From Myxococcales bacterium (lineage in GTDB: Bacteria > Myxococcota_A > UBA9042 > JABWCM01 > BTVJ01): 64,000 bases of DNA. Below are positions 49,711-59,832 of the stretch, piece after piece (position 1 is the first letter of the stretch; each line of letters starts with the position of its first letter). The notes under the pieces were generated by a model that did no database searches, was not told the origin of the DNA, and saw only the letters and a list, made by a program, of their open reading frames with translations. The translations under genes were made by a program, and so were the position numbers. The stretch lies in the NCBI GenBank assembly GCA_045863395.1, contig BTVJ01000001.1, positions 224,001-288,000 on the forward strand, in the 5' to 3' direction.

Positions 49711-51647
49711 CGGCTCCACCTCAGCACGGTCCCCTTGCGGCCGACGACCCAGAGCTCGGACGGCGCGGTGCCCGCGACGGCCTCGAGGACAGAGAAGGTC
49801 CCCGACGGCACGACCTCGACCCCCGCAGACCCCGCGTGGAGGATGAGACCGGACCAGCCGACCGCCACCACGTCGTCGGGAGCGGCGACGTGCACGCCGT
49901 ACAGGAAGTCGCCGGAGGAGGACCAGAGCTGCACCCACGCTCCGCCCTCGTAGCGGAGCAGGAGGCCGTTGTCGCCCACGGCGTAGGGCACGCCGTCAGC
50001 TCCCATGGCGAGGCGGCGCAGCGGCGACGAGGTGCCCGACGGCACCTTGGACCAGGAGGACCCATCGAAGCGCAGCACGAGCCCCTGGTCCCCGACGGCC
50101 CAGATGGCGTCGTTGGCAGAGCCCAGCACATCGGAGATCGACAGGAGCGTGCCGGCAGAGGCCTCCTGCCAAGAGCCGCCCGGCTCGCGCGTGAGGATGG
50201 TGCCCTTGTCACCGACGACCACGGTGAGGCCGTCGCCCAGCCACACGCCGCGCAGGGTGCGGTCCGTCCCGCTGGGCAGCGGGGCCCACAGGTCGCCGTT
50301 GGCCGACTCGACGATGACGCCGCCGGCGCCCACCGCCCGGTACAGCCCCTGGGGGCCGCGGCGCACGGACAGCAGGTCCGCCGTGGTGCCGCTCTGCGCC
50401 CCATACCAGCCGCCCGCGCGACGCAGGATGGTGCCGCCCGTCCCGACGACCACCAGGCCGTCCGCGTCGGCCCACGCGGACTTCAGATCCGCCACCGGGC
50501 CGCTCGCGGCATCCTTCCACACCTTGGCGTCCAGGGTGAGCATGGCGGCCCCCTCGCCACCCGCGAACGCCACCGGCGCGCCCTGCCCGGCAACCACGGC
50601 CACCGAGCGCAGGGCCGCCTGCTTGTTGTAGGGGCCCACGACGTCCTGCACCCCCCACTTGGAGCCGTTGTAGTGCACGACGACGCCACCGTCTCCTACC
50701 GCGTAGATGCTGTCGGCGCCGACGCCAGCGATGCCGTGGAGCGTGCGGTTCGTGGGGTCGTTGGTGGTCTGCACCTTCCAGCCGCTGCCGTTGAACAGCG
50801 ACACCGTGCCGTTGTCGCCGACCGCGTACACGGCCGTGACCTTGGTGCCCCACACCCCGCGCAGAGTGATGGACGGCGACGCCGCCTGGGTGGTCACCCA
50901 GACTCCGCCCGTGCGGCGAAGCACCTGGGCGGACTCGCCGGCCGCGAACAGCGTGCCGGACTCGGGCCCCCAGATGGCGTACAGGCGAGACTGGACGCTG
51001 GTCTCTTCCGTCGTCCACGTCGCGCCGTCCCAGTGGAGGATGAGCCCCCCGTCACCGCACGCCCACACGTCGTCCGCGGCGAAGCCCCAGACGCCCCGCA
51101 GGATCCCCGTGGCGCCCACCTGTGACGCGGTCCACCGTGCGCCGTCCCACCACGCCACGGTGCCGCCCGCACCGACGGCCACCGCGAAGGAGTCGCCCTG
51201 CGCCCAGATGGCGTGCAGGTCCGCGGCGGTCGGGCTACGCTCGGGGACCCACCCCGCCCCGTTCCAGCGGATGATCGTGCCGCCGTCACCCACGGCGAGG
51301 ATTCGCTGGGGTCCGACGGCGGCCATGCCGCGGATGGCTCCCTTGGCACCGAGCGCGACCGGCGTGAGCGTTGAGGGCTCGCCGCCCGCGTCACCCACGT
51401 CCGCCGCTGCATCCGGCACGACGGGGGTGTCTTCCTCGCCCCCGGCGTCCTCGACAGCACCGTCACCATCGGCGAGTGGGGTGTCCTCCACGGCCGCCGC
51501 GTCTCCATCGGCAGCGATGAGGGCATCCCCGGCGTCGGACTCCGCCGCGTCCTCGCCAGCGCAGGCGCCCTGAGCCACCGTCAACGCTACCGCCAGGACC
51601 AGCCACTGGTGCCGCGGCCGCGTGGGCCCGAGTCTTCTGTGTGTCAT
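49707..51647 (-). CDS. Lipoprotein composed of WG/VWAVG beta-propeller repeats
   Basis: QGAC lipobox; about 14 LxxVWG...AVG..G.IL.WDG repeats. Confidence 0.75.
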   Translation of the reverse strand: MTHRRLGPTRPRHQWLVLAVALTVAQGACAGEDAAESDAGDALIAADGDAAAVEDTPLADGDGAVEDAGGEEDTPVVPDAAADVGDAGGEPSTLTPVALGAKGAIRGMAAVGPQRILAVGDGGTIIRWNGAGWVPERSPTAADLHAIWAQGDSFAVAVGAGGTVAWWDGARWTASQVGATGILRGVWGFAADDVWACGDGGLILHWDGATWTTEETSVQSRLYAIWGPESGTLFAAGESAQVLRRTGGVWVTTQAASPSITLRGVWGTKVTAVYAVGDNGTVSLFNGSGWKVQTTNDPTNRTLHGIAGVGADSIYAVGDGGVVVHYNGSKWGVQDVVGPYNKQAALRSVAVVAGQGAPVAFAGGEGAAMLTLDAKVWKDAASGPVADLKSAWADADGLVVVGTGGTILRRAGGWYGAQSGTTADLLSVRRGPQGLYRAVGAGGVIVESANGDLWAPLPSGTDRTLRGVWLGDGLTVVVGDKGTILTREPGGSWQEASAGTLLSISDVLGSANDAIWAVGDQGLVLRFDGSSWSKVPSGTSSPLRRLAMGADGVPYAVGDNGLLLRYEGGAWVQLWSSSGDFLYGVHVAAPDDVVAVGWSGLILHAGSAGVEVVPSGTFSVLEAVAGTAPSELWVVGRKGTVLRWSR

Positions 51648-51653
51648 GGGACC

Positions 51654-54600
51654 CTAGAGCTTCTGGAAGAAGTACTGATCGACCGCCCAGCTCCGCCACT
51701 CGAGCTGGTTGAGGTCGGTGTAGTCGTAGTTGTCTATGGCGAAGCCTTCCTTGTACACGCGGAAGGTCGTGAGCTTGAGCGTCCCGGGAGCGATGCCCGG
51801 CGTGCCCTCGATGTTGGGGAAGTCTGGCAGATTCACGCTCTGCACGGACCCGTCCGTGATGATGGTCCAGACCGGGGTGTCCCCCATGAGGCCCGGGATG
51901 GCGACCGAGATCATGTTGAAGTGGGGCGCCACCCCCGGCGCGGAGTCGAAGGCGATGGTGTAGCCCGCCATGACGCCGTTCTTCGCCGGGGTGACCGCCT
52001 TGGGCACGGGAAGGATGGGCCCGAGCACCAGCTCCGCCGAGCCGGCGGCCACCGCCTTGTCGGGGCCCCACCCCCAGATGGCCTCGAGCTGGTTGCGGAA
52101 CGCGCCCACGCCCTTCTTCTGCCAGGCGCTGCCGTCCCAGCGCAGGATGGTGCCATCGGACCCGACGACCGTCACGTCGCTCGGGCCGGTGCCCCACACG
52201 CCGCGGAGGCTCGCGATGGTGTCGGGCTTGTTCAGCGTCCAGGCGACGCCATCCCAGTGGATGACCGTGCCCCCGTCGCCCACTGCCCACACGTCGGCCG
52301 GCCCGCTGCCCCAGACTCCGCGGAGAGTCTGCGACGTGCCGCTGGTCTGGGCCGTCCACTTGGAGCCGTTCCACATGGACACCTGCCCGAAGGAGCCCAC
52401 GGCGAAGATGGTGTTCTTGTCGGCGCCCCAGATGGCCGTCCAGCTCTTGGCCGTCGACCCGAGGGTAGCCGGTACGGGCGCCCAGGTGGCGCCATCCCAC
52501 CGGAGCATGGTGTAGAAGCCCACGGCCCACATCTCATCGGGGCTCGCGCCCCACACGTCGAAGAGGTCCGCGGTCGTCCCGGTCACGGGCACTTGCTTCC
52601 AGGTGATGCCGTCGAAGCGCAGCACCGTGCCCGCGTCGCCCACGATCACCGCGTCATTGGCGCCGAAGCCCCAGACTCCGTTGAGGTCCACCTTGGCTGG
52701 TGACTGCTGCTGGGTCCAGCTCGCGCCGCCGTACCAGGCGATCAGCCCCTCGGGGCCCACGGCGAACACACTCGACGGCCCTGAACCCCAGAGATCGTTG
52801 ATGTTCTTCGAGATCCCCGTCTTCGACACCGACCAGCCGGACGCCCCGAGCTCCACCATCGCGTTGTCGTCGACGCCGGTGATGTTCTTGTGCAGGGTCA
52901 GGCTCATGGGCAGGTTGTCATCCGTCAGGGAGAAGGCGCCCGCCAGGAACGAGAAGCTCGCGTCGTAGAGCAGGTCCGTGAAGGAGTTGAGCTGACGCTC
53001 CACCAGGAGCTGCCCGTTGCCGAACACGACGGGGACCGAGTGCTTCATCTCGACGACCCCGTCCGTCCCCAAATCGAGGTAGGTGAAGGCGGCGATGATC
53101 TCCGGCCCGTTGACCAGCGGCGGGTCGTCGAGGCGCAGAGTGATGGTGCGGTCCATGGGGTGCTTCAGCTCCACGTCGTTGTCCGGGTAGAGCTGCCCCG
53201 GCGCCGCCAGGATGTGCCGCGCCACGCCCATGGTCAGGGGCACGAACTCCTGGGTGTCGTACTCCACGTAGCCACCCTGGCACACCACCGCGCTCTCGCC
53301 CGGGTAGAGGTAGATCTCGTAGTCGCCGCCGTCCTCGGTGACCTCGTACTTGGGGCCCCAGGTCCCGATGAGGGCCTCCAGGTCCTGCGTGAGCACGTTG
53401 GGCTTCGTGGTGGTGCAGCGGGCGACCTTCATGCCCGGCGACGGCAGGCACACGGTCTTGCTCGCCGAGCTGCCGCAGACGAAGCCCGTCGGGCAGTCCG
53501 TCGGCGCGGTGCACTCCTTCGTACAGCGGTTGCCCTGATCCCCGATGGCGTTGCACACGTAGCCGGGGCCGCAGGAGTCGGCGCTGCACGTCTGGCACAT
53601 GGGGAAGGGCGTGTCCACGAGCCCGAGCTTGGAGTTGCAGGTGCCCATGGGGACGATGACATACTTGGCGAGGCCGAAGACGCGCCCCGTCGCCACCGGA
53701 GGGGCCACGCCGGGGGGCGGCGCGCCGGGGCTCGGCGGCGGGATGGGCACCAGGTAGATGGTGATGTTCTTGGCGTTGAACTTGATGACCGAGTTGGACT
53801 CGTAGCCGTTCTTGCTCACGGAGACCTGCTGGGTCCCGAGCACGTCCGGCCCGCTGAAGGTCACCTGGCCGTCCAGGTTGGTGAAGCCCTGGTAGGGGGT
53901 CTCGGGATCCACCGACAGGATCACGAACGCGTCGGACACGGGGTCCCCCGACTGGGCGTCGAGGACCGTCACGTTGACGTCCCCCTCCACGCCGCCGCCC
54001 CAGGTGCCTCCCAGGTTGCTCGTCGGGTTGAAGTAGGTGAACGCGTCGGGCAGCATCGCCGCCCCCTGCACGCTCCGCACCTCGACGGGGACCGTCCCGA
54101 TGTCGCCCGGCGGGGTCTTGGCCGTGATCAGCGTGCCGTCGTGGACGACCGTGTGGCTGGCCTTGGCGCCGCCGATGAAGACCTCGGAGTCCGCCGGGAA
54201 GCTGCTGCCCACGAGCTTGACGAAGGTGCCGCCGGCCATGGAGCCGAGCGCCGGCTCGATGACCAGAAGCTCGATGCCGCCGCCCTGGTAGAAGAACCCG
54301 TCCTTGCGGGTGGCGGACAGGTCGCCGACCGTGACCTTCACCGGCACGAAGCCGGCGCTGCCGGGGGGCGTCACCGCCTTCAGGGTGGAGCCGCTCTGCA
54401 CGACCACCCCCGTCGCCGGGAGCGCCCCGACGCGGACGATGGCGCCCGGGGCGAAGCCGCTGCCAGTCACGGTGATCTGCGTGCCTCCCGAGATGGGACC
54501 GAGGGCCGGCGTGACGTCGTCCACGTGGATCTCGGGCAGGTAGGTGTAGCCGCCGGGGACCTCCGCCGAGCCGAGGCTGTTGGAGATCACCACCTTGACG

Positions 54601-55838
54601 GAGCCCACCGCGGCCCCCGCCGGGACCTCGACCACCGCCGAGTGCTTGGCCGCGTTGACGGAGATGGGCTCCGCCACGATCCCCCCGAAGGTAATCGCCG
54701 TGTCCTCCAGGTTGGTGAGGCCGTAAGCCACGACCGTCGCCGTCCCACCGCCGGACAGCGGCCCCTGGGAGGGCGCCACGCCGAGGGGGATCAGCACCGT
54801 GTTGGGCATGAACGGGTCGGTGTAGATGTAGCCGCCGGGCACGGTGGTGGTGCCCCAGTCGGTGACCACGTGGACGTCCACGGGGCCCTCGCCCTTGGCG
54901 GGAGGCGCCGTGACGGTGACGCTCTCGGCGCTCGGGTGGGCCTGGACGGTGGCGAACGCGTCGCCGAAGCGCACCGTCAGGTCGCCGCTGAGCCCCGTGC
55001 CGGTCAGCGTGACGGGGTTGCCCCCCTGGATGGGGCCGACCGGCGGCTCGATGCCACTCACGAGCGGATCGTCATAGTAGAAGTAGCCGTTCTTGAGGCT
55101 CCCGATGCCTTGCGCGTTGGACACGTGCACCGACGCAGGGCCCACCACGCCGTTGGGGGCGACGGCGAGGATGGTGGTGTCGTCCACCACCTGGACGGAG
55201 ATGGCGGCGCGGGTGCCCACGAGCACCTTGGAGCCAGCGATGAAGCCCGCCCCGGTAATGGTCAACGGCGTGCCGCCGTCCACGTGGCCCTCCGTGGGGT
55301 CCACGGACTGCACCTGCACGGCGTTGTAATAGAGGAAGGCGTTCTCCAAGGTCGCCTGCGCCTCCGTCACCGGGTCGAGCACACGGACGCTCACGAGGCC
55401 CGGCGGGCGCGGCGGCGACGTGGCGATCAGCCGGTGTGAGTCGATGACCATCACGTCGAGGGCGGCGCTCTCGCCGAAGGTCACGACCACGCCCTCCGTG
55501 AAGCCCGTGCCCTCCATGGCGATGAGCGCCCCACCGACCGTGGTGCCGCTCGTCGGGTCCACCAGGCTCAGGGTGAGCGGCTCGGCGGCCGCGTCGCTGC
55601 CGTCCTCCTCCCCCACGTCGCCAGTCGGCTTGGAGATGTCCGGCTCCGGCGGGATGTCCCAGGTGGCGACGTCCTCGGTCCCCACGTCGTCGGGAGTCTC
55701 CGCCACGTCCTGGGCGACGCCGCCGTCCGCAGCGCCCTCCCCCGCCGCGGGGGAGTCGGAGCAGCCGAGGGCGAAAGTCACGAACAGGGCAATGGTGCCC
55801 GCGAGGCCAAGGGAAGGGCAGGAGAATCTGCGGGACAT
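51654..55838 (-). CDS. Large lipoprotein: multiple IPT/TIG domains, Cys-rich module, WG propeller repeats
   Basis: ALGC lipobox; repeated PxxGxxxGGTxxTIxGxGF; C-terminal propeller repeats. Confidence 0.8.
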   Translation of the reverse strand: MSRRFSCPSLGLAGTIALFVTFALGCSDSPAAGEGAADGGVAQDVAETPDDVGTEDVATWDIPPEPDISKPTGDVGEEDGSDAAAEPLTLSLVDPTSGTTVGGALIAMEGTGFTEGVVVTFGESAALDVMVIDSHRLIATSPPRPPGLVSVRVLDPVTEAQATLENAFLYYNAVQVQSVDPTEGHVDGGTPLTITGAGFIAGSKVLVGTRAAISVQVVDDTTILAVAPNGVVGPASVHVSNAQGIGSLKNGYFYYDDPLVSGIEPPVGPIQGGNPVTLTGTGLSGDLTVRFGDAFATVQAHPSAESVTVTAPPAKGEGPVDVHVVTDWGTTTVPGGYIYTDPFMPNTVLIPLGVAPSQGPLSGGGTATVVAYGLTNLEDTAITFGGIVAEPISVNAAKHSAVVEVPAGAAVGSVKVVISNSLGSAEVPGGYTYLPEIHVDDVTPALGPISGGTQITVTGSGFAPGAIVRVGALPATGVVVQSGSTLKAVTPPGSAGFVPVKVTVGDLSATRKDGFFYQGGGIELLVIEPALGSMAGGTFVKLVGSSFPADSEVFIGGAKASHTVVHDGTLITAKTPPGDIGTVPVEVRSVQGAAMLPDAFTYFNPTSNLGGTWGGGVEGDVNVTVLDAQSGDPVSDAFVILSVDPETPYQGFTNLDGQVTFSGPDVLGTQQVSVSKNGYESNSVIKFNAKNITIYLVPIPPPSPGAPPPGVAPPVATGRVFGLAKYVIVPMGTCNSKLGLVDTPFPMCQTCSADSCGPGYVCNAIGDQGNRCTKECTAPTDCPTGFVCGSSASKTVCLPSPGMKVARCTTTKPNVLTQDLEALIGTWGPKYEVTEDGGDYEIYLYPGESAVVCQGGYVEYDTQEFVPLTMGVARHILAAPGQLYPDNDVELKHPMDRTITLRLDDPPLVNGPEIIAAFTYLDLGTDGVVEMKHSVPVVFGNGQLLVERQLNSFTDLLYDASFSFLAGAFSLTDDNLPMSLTLHKNITGVDDNAMVELGASGWSVSKTGISKNINDLWGSGPSSVFAVGPEGLIAWYGGASWTQQQSPAKVDLNGVWGFGANDAVIVGDAGTVLRFDGITWKQVPVTGTTADLFDVWGASPDEMWAVGFYTMLRWDGATWAPVPATLGSTAKSWTAIWGADKNTIFAVGSFGQVSMWNGSKWTAQTSGTSQTLRGVWGSGPADVWAVGDGGTVIHWDGVAWTLNKPDTIASLRGVWGTGPSDVTVVGSDGTILRWDGSAWQKKGVGAFRNQLEAIWGWGPDKAVAAGSAELVLGPILPVPKAVTPAKNGVMAGYTIAFDSAPGVAPHFNMISVAIPGLMGDTPVWTIITDGSVQSVNLPDFPNIEGTPGIAPGTLKLTTFRVYKEGFAIDNYDYTDLNQLEWRSWAVDQYFFQKL

Positions 55839-55863
55839 GGCGGGGCTCCTCCAGCCGGGGGCG

Positions 55864-57843
55864 CTACTCCCCGGTCTCCTTGATCAGGCCCAGGTCTCTC
55901 AGGTCCAGACCACCTGGATACCCATAGGATACGTATTGATCGTAGCCGTAGACGATGACGCCGACGGGCTTGTCCGACGTGATGCTGTGGTCCCCGTCCG
56001 CGATGAGGCGCCGGTGGACCCGGTAGGCGCTGGAGACGGCCTCGAAGTCCTCCGCGGGGACCTCCTCGCCATCGATGAACACCTTGGCGCCCACGGGCGC
56101 GGTCACGTTGAGGTAGTCGAACTCGTATTTGTTGGGGGCCAGGACGACGTACTCCTTGCGGTACTGCTCCACGGGGACCGCCAGGATGAACGCCGGGTCT
56201 CCCGTACCCGCATCGCCCGGCTGGGCCACGCCGTTGACGTTGGGGTCCGGGGCGTCCTGGGCCGCCAGGAACTGGCCGACCATGACGGGCTTCTTGGCGA
56301 CGATCTCGAAGTGGGCGCTCGACTCGAACTCGACCCACTCCCCCCGGTTGAGCACCGGCAGCAGGATGCCGGGCTGCGGCGGGTAGAGGCTCACCTTGGT
56401 GTCGTCCTCCGCGGCGAGGATGCGCCAGATGTCCTTCTCCTTCCCGCGCTCCATGGACTTCGTGGCCACGTAGTAGGTGCCCCAGGTCTTGACCGGGAAG
56501 AGCTGCTGCTCCAGGTGGTCCGCGCAGCAGGTGTTGAACTTGATGCAGTCCTCGAGCGTGGCGCACTCGGTCTTGCCGTCCCACATGCACACGCCCTTCG
56601 CTTCCCCGGGCTCCTTGTCACAGCGAGCCGTGTTGGGGGCATTGGACGCCTCCGAGCCGCCGAAAACCACCACATTGCGGGTCGCGAGCACCACCGAGCC
56701 CGTCAGATCCGCCCCTGGCTCGTCGGTCTCGATGTTCAGCACGTCGTAGCGGTTCATGGTGACCTTGAGGGAGTCTCCGGGCTTCATGTGCTTGATGGAG
56801 CCCTTCTGCAACGTAGGCGCGGTGACCGTGACGGTCACGTCCGTGCCGTCGTTGACTGCGACCACCGTCAGGAAGCCCCGGAGCTGGCTGAAGGTCTGCT
56901 CGCGCGTCATCACGATGTAGTACTTGCCGAGCACGTCCGACGGCAGCAGCAGCGAGGCGTCGTTGCTGAACACGTTGACGTTCTCCAGCGGGTTGAACTG
57001 GTAGGCCGTCACCGGGATGGAGCTCTCGATGCGGTACGCGATGGGGGCGAGCATGGTGCCCTCCGCGTCCCGGCGCGGCAGGTTGTAGATGCGCAGGCCC
57101 CCGGGCTCGATGGGCGTGGGGTCGATCTCGACCCCCTTGGAGTCGACGGTCTGCGGCACCTCCTGCCCGCCCTCCATCTTCTTGACCTTGATCTCTGCGG
57201 CCTGCTTGGGGTGCGGGTTGCCGATGACGACCGCGAACTGGGCGCCGTTCGCGTCCAGGAAGCCGTTGGGGCCGCCGGGGACGAAGGCGTTGTCCAGGTC
57301 GACGGCCCAGTACTCGCACCCGATGTACGAGTTGAACTTCTTGTTGACCTCGCACAGCGCCACGCACGTGCCGCCCTGGCAGATCTGCCCGGTCTTCTCC
57401 TGGCTGCAGGTCTTGGTGGGCTGCCAGTGGCCGGTCTCGTCGCACTCGACGATGATGTCATCGTCCTTGCAGCTCTTGGACCCGGGGATGCACTCGGCGC
57501 AGGCGCCGTTCAGGCACCAGACGTCCTTGCCCTCCGCGTCCTTGCACGTCTGCTCGATGTAGTCGGTGCCGCTCGGGCTGCACTGCAGGACCGTGAAGGT
57601 CGGGGTCTGGCCTACGCACTCCTTCGGGGTGCCGGGGACGCAGACCTCGAAGCCGCCCTTGGTGTCCTCGGCAGTCGTGTCCGCTGCGTCCGACGGTGGG
57701 GTCGCCGTGTCGGCCGTGGTCGCCACGTCCACGTCGCCGCCCGAGACACCCGCGTCCGGCGTGGCGCTGGATGCGCAGGCCGCCAGGAGCAGGCTCAGGA
57801 GGGGGGCCACCCGGGGCGCCCTGTGCTGGGTGATTGCTCTCAT
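55864..57843 (-). CDS. IgGFc-binding-domain lipoprotein
   Basis: LLAAC lipobox; SYIGCEYWAVDL, YQFNPL, SNDASLLLP, DHLEQQ, GDPA, SYGYPGG. Confidence 0.85.
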   Translation of the reverse strand: MRAITQHRAPRVAPLLSLLLAACASSATPDAGVSGGDVDVATTADTATPPSDAADTTAEDTKGGFEVCVPGTPKECVGQTPTFTVLQCSPSGTDYIEQTCKDAEGKDVWCLNGACAECIPGSKSCKDDDIIVECDETGHWQPTKTCSQEKTGQICQGGTCVALCEVNKKFNSYIGCEYWAVDLDNAFVPGGPNGFLDANGAQFAVVIGNPHPKQAAEIKVKKMEGGQEVPQTVDSKGVEIDPTPIEPGGLRIYNLPRRDAEGTMLAPIAYRIESSIPVTAYQFNPLENVNVFSNDASLLLPSDVLGKYYIVMTREQTFSQLRGFLTVVAVNDGTDVTVTVTAPTLQKGSIKHMKPGDSLKVTMNRYDVLNIETDEPGADLTGSVVLATRNVVVFGGSEASNAPNTARCDKEPGEAKGVCMWDGKTECATLEDCIKFNTCCADHLEQQLFPVKTWGTYYVATKSMERGKEKDIWRILAAEDDTKVSLYPPQPGILLPVLNRGEWVEFESSAHFEIVAKKPVMVGQFLAAQDAPDPNVNGVAQPGDAGTGDPAFILAVPVEQYRKEYVVLAPNKYEFDYLNVTAPVGAKVFIDGEEVPAEDFEAVSSAYRVHRRLIADGDHSITSDKPVGVIVYGYDQYVSYGYPGGLDLRDLGLIKETGE

Positions 57844-58044
57844 CGCTCCGAGGCTTCGTGAAGGGTCTGGGACGTCAACGCCCCCGCCGGACCGGCCCTC
57901 GGTTTGCGCTCACGTCACGCGGGCCGCGTCAAGTCGGCCGAACCGGGCCGGTTACGGCAAACGTGCATGATCGCCTGGACGGTAGCCGAGCGCAAGGGTC
58001 AAGTCAACTGACGGGTCCGTCCCTGGCGAGGGCGCGTCAGACGC

Positions 58045-59727
58045 TCACGGGAGGTCGACGGAGAGCCACTGGAGCCCCACCGCCCCGGAGCCGACCGGGT
58101 AGGAGCGCACCTCCTCGATATGGCCCCTCCGCGCGGCGACCGCCTCGTAGAAGCCGCGCGCCATCCGCTCGCCCGGCTCGCAGGGGCTGACGTCCACGTC
58201 GATGACCCGAGGGCTGAGCAGCACGTCATGGCGCCCGCCGCCCATGCGGTCGAGCACGGGCTCCCAGACGACCTCGGGCGTGTACCCCGAGCAGCCCTCC
58301 GCGTAGAGGGGGAAGGCGTGACGCGGGCGGACGCGCGAGTCCGTCAGGACCTCGAGGACGCCGACGACCCCGAAGGTCGTCGTCCAGGGGCTCGTCACGC
58401 CCGCCGCGTCCAGGTCGGCGGCCACGGCTCGCTGGGAGCGGAGGTCGAAGAAGGTGGAGTCCGCGTGGGCGATGGAGATGTTCCAGAGCACACCCTGAGT
58501 CACGTTGTTGACGAGCAGGAGGGCAAATGCGGCGCCGATGACCACGCGGGCGGCGCGGCGCGCGACGCGGTCCCACGCCAGCACTCCGATGATCGCCGCC
58601 GCGGCCGGCACGAAGGGAGCCACCAGCCCGAAGATCGACATGCCCTCGTAGTAGAAGGCCACGTACTGGAGCAGCACGAGCCCGAGCACCGCAGCGGCGA
58701 ATCGGAGCCGCAGCGGGGAGGCGCGCCTCAGGGCGAGCGCCGCGAGGGCGAGGGCGCAGAGGAGGTACAAGAAGCCGACGCCGGGGAATGGGTCCCAGCG
58801 GGGTCCCTGGCGCCCGGAGACGACGCCGCCCAGGTAGGTGCCGAGGCCCCCGAAGGATTCGTCGAAGTGCCGCGCGAAGAAGCCCCAGCGCTCGGGGCGC
58901 AGGAGCTCCCAGGGCCCAGCGACCACCTTGAGGCGCCGGTCGAGGGCGGAGGTCCCCGCCGGCTCGGCGAGGTACATGAGCTGAGGAGTGAGCGGGACGA
59001 GGAAGGCGAGTGTCGAGACGGCCCAGCCGCGCACGCCCAGCCGCGGGATGCGGTCGAGGAGGAAGGCGGCGGCGAAGGCGGCCAGGGCCGTCCACACGGC
59101 GGTGTTCTTGGCGGCCACGCCGACGCCGAGGGCGAGGGCGCCCAGGGCGGCGGTGCGAGCGCGGGGCTCCCGGGCATGGCGGAGCGCCAGGAGCCCGAAC
59201 AGCATCGGCCCGAGGGTGCTCCAGGTCTCCGCGGGGCGGAGCATGGTGTGCAGCGCCACGACGAGGGGGTGGGTGGCGACCAGCAGCGCCGCGACCACCG
59301 CGGCCCGGTCGTCCACCAGGCGGCGCACGAGGGCGAAGACGACCAGTGTGGTCAGGACACCGAGCACGACGGACAGGGCCCGGGCGGCGAGCGGGCCGCC
59401 CACTGCGAGCAGCGGGCGGTAGGGCCAGGCAGTGAGCGCTCCGATGTGCCCGTCGATCATCAAGGGGAAGGAGCCGCCAGCGCGCTCCACGACCAGCACC
59501 GGGGACCACTGGTAGCGGCGGAGCCCCCCCGTAGAGGCGCCGGTTCCGGGGGCGCCCTCCACATGGTCCACGTAATGACGGACCGGCGTGACATCGAGGA
59601 GACCGGCGACCTCCTCCGCGCTGAGGCCAAACCGGGCTCCCGCGGGGAGGGCCAGCGCCACGTGGAGCACCACGGCGAGGGTGAGCACGGCGCGGAGGCG
59701 GGGCGACAGGGGGACAGCGCTCGGCAC
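58045..59727 (-). CDS. Integral membrane GT-C-type glycosyltransferase (ArnT/PMT-like)
   Basis: Multiple TM helices; ARALSVVLG, AALLVATHP, GVAAK. Confidence 0.6.
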   Translation of the reverse strand: MPSAVPLSPRLRAVLTLAVVLHVALALPAGARFGLSAEEVAGLLDVTPVRHYVDHVEGAPGTGASTGGLRRYQWSPVLVVERAGGSFPLMIDGHIGALTAWPYRPLLAVGGPLAARALSVVLGVLTTLVVFALVRRLVDDRAAVVAALLVATHPLVVALHTMLRPAETWSTLGPMLFGLLALRHAREPRARTAALGALALGVGVAAKNTAVWTALAAFAAAFLLDRIPRLGVRGWAVSTLAFLVPLTPQLMYLAEPAGTSALDRRLKVVAGPWELLRPERWGFFARHFDESFGGLGTYLGGVVSGRQGPRWDPFPGVGFLYLLCALALAALALRRASPLRLRFAAAVLGLVLLQYVAFYYEGMSIFGLVAPFVPAAAAIIGVLAWDRVARRAARVVIGAAFALLLVNNVTQGVLWNISIAHADSTFFDLRSQRAVAADLDAAGVTSPWTTTFGVVGVLEVLTDSRVRPRHAFPLYAEGCSGYTPEVVWEPVLDRMGGGRHDVLLSPRVIDVDVSPCEPGERMARGFYEAVAARRGHIEEVRSYPVGSGAVGLQWLSVDLP

Positions 59728-59832
59728 GGCGACTCGCAGGGTCAGCGGGCCGCGAGGACTGGATCCTCGATCACCCTCGGAGGGCGCATGATCGGCTGCG
59801 CGAGGGGAGAGCGCAAGGGAGAAGTCGGTCGG

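Noticed and set aside
57925..57958. Minus-strand CGTAACC upstream of the IgGFc gene as a sixth ECF promoter
   Set aside because: No CGYCAC box at the required spacing
57996..58004. GGGTCAAGT matching the palindrome end
   Set aside because: Only 9 bp with no second arm; compatible with chance
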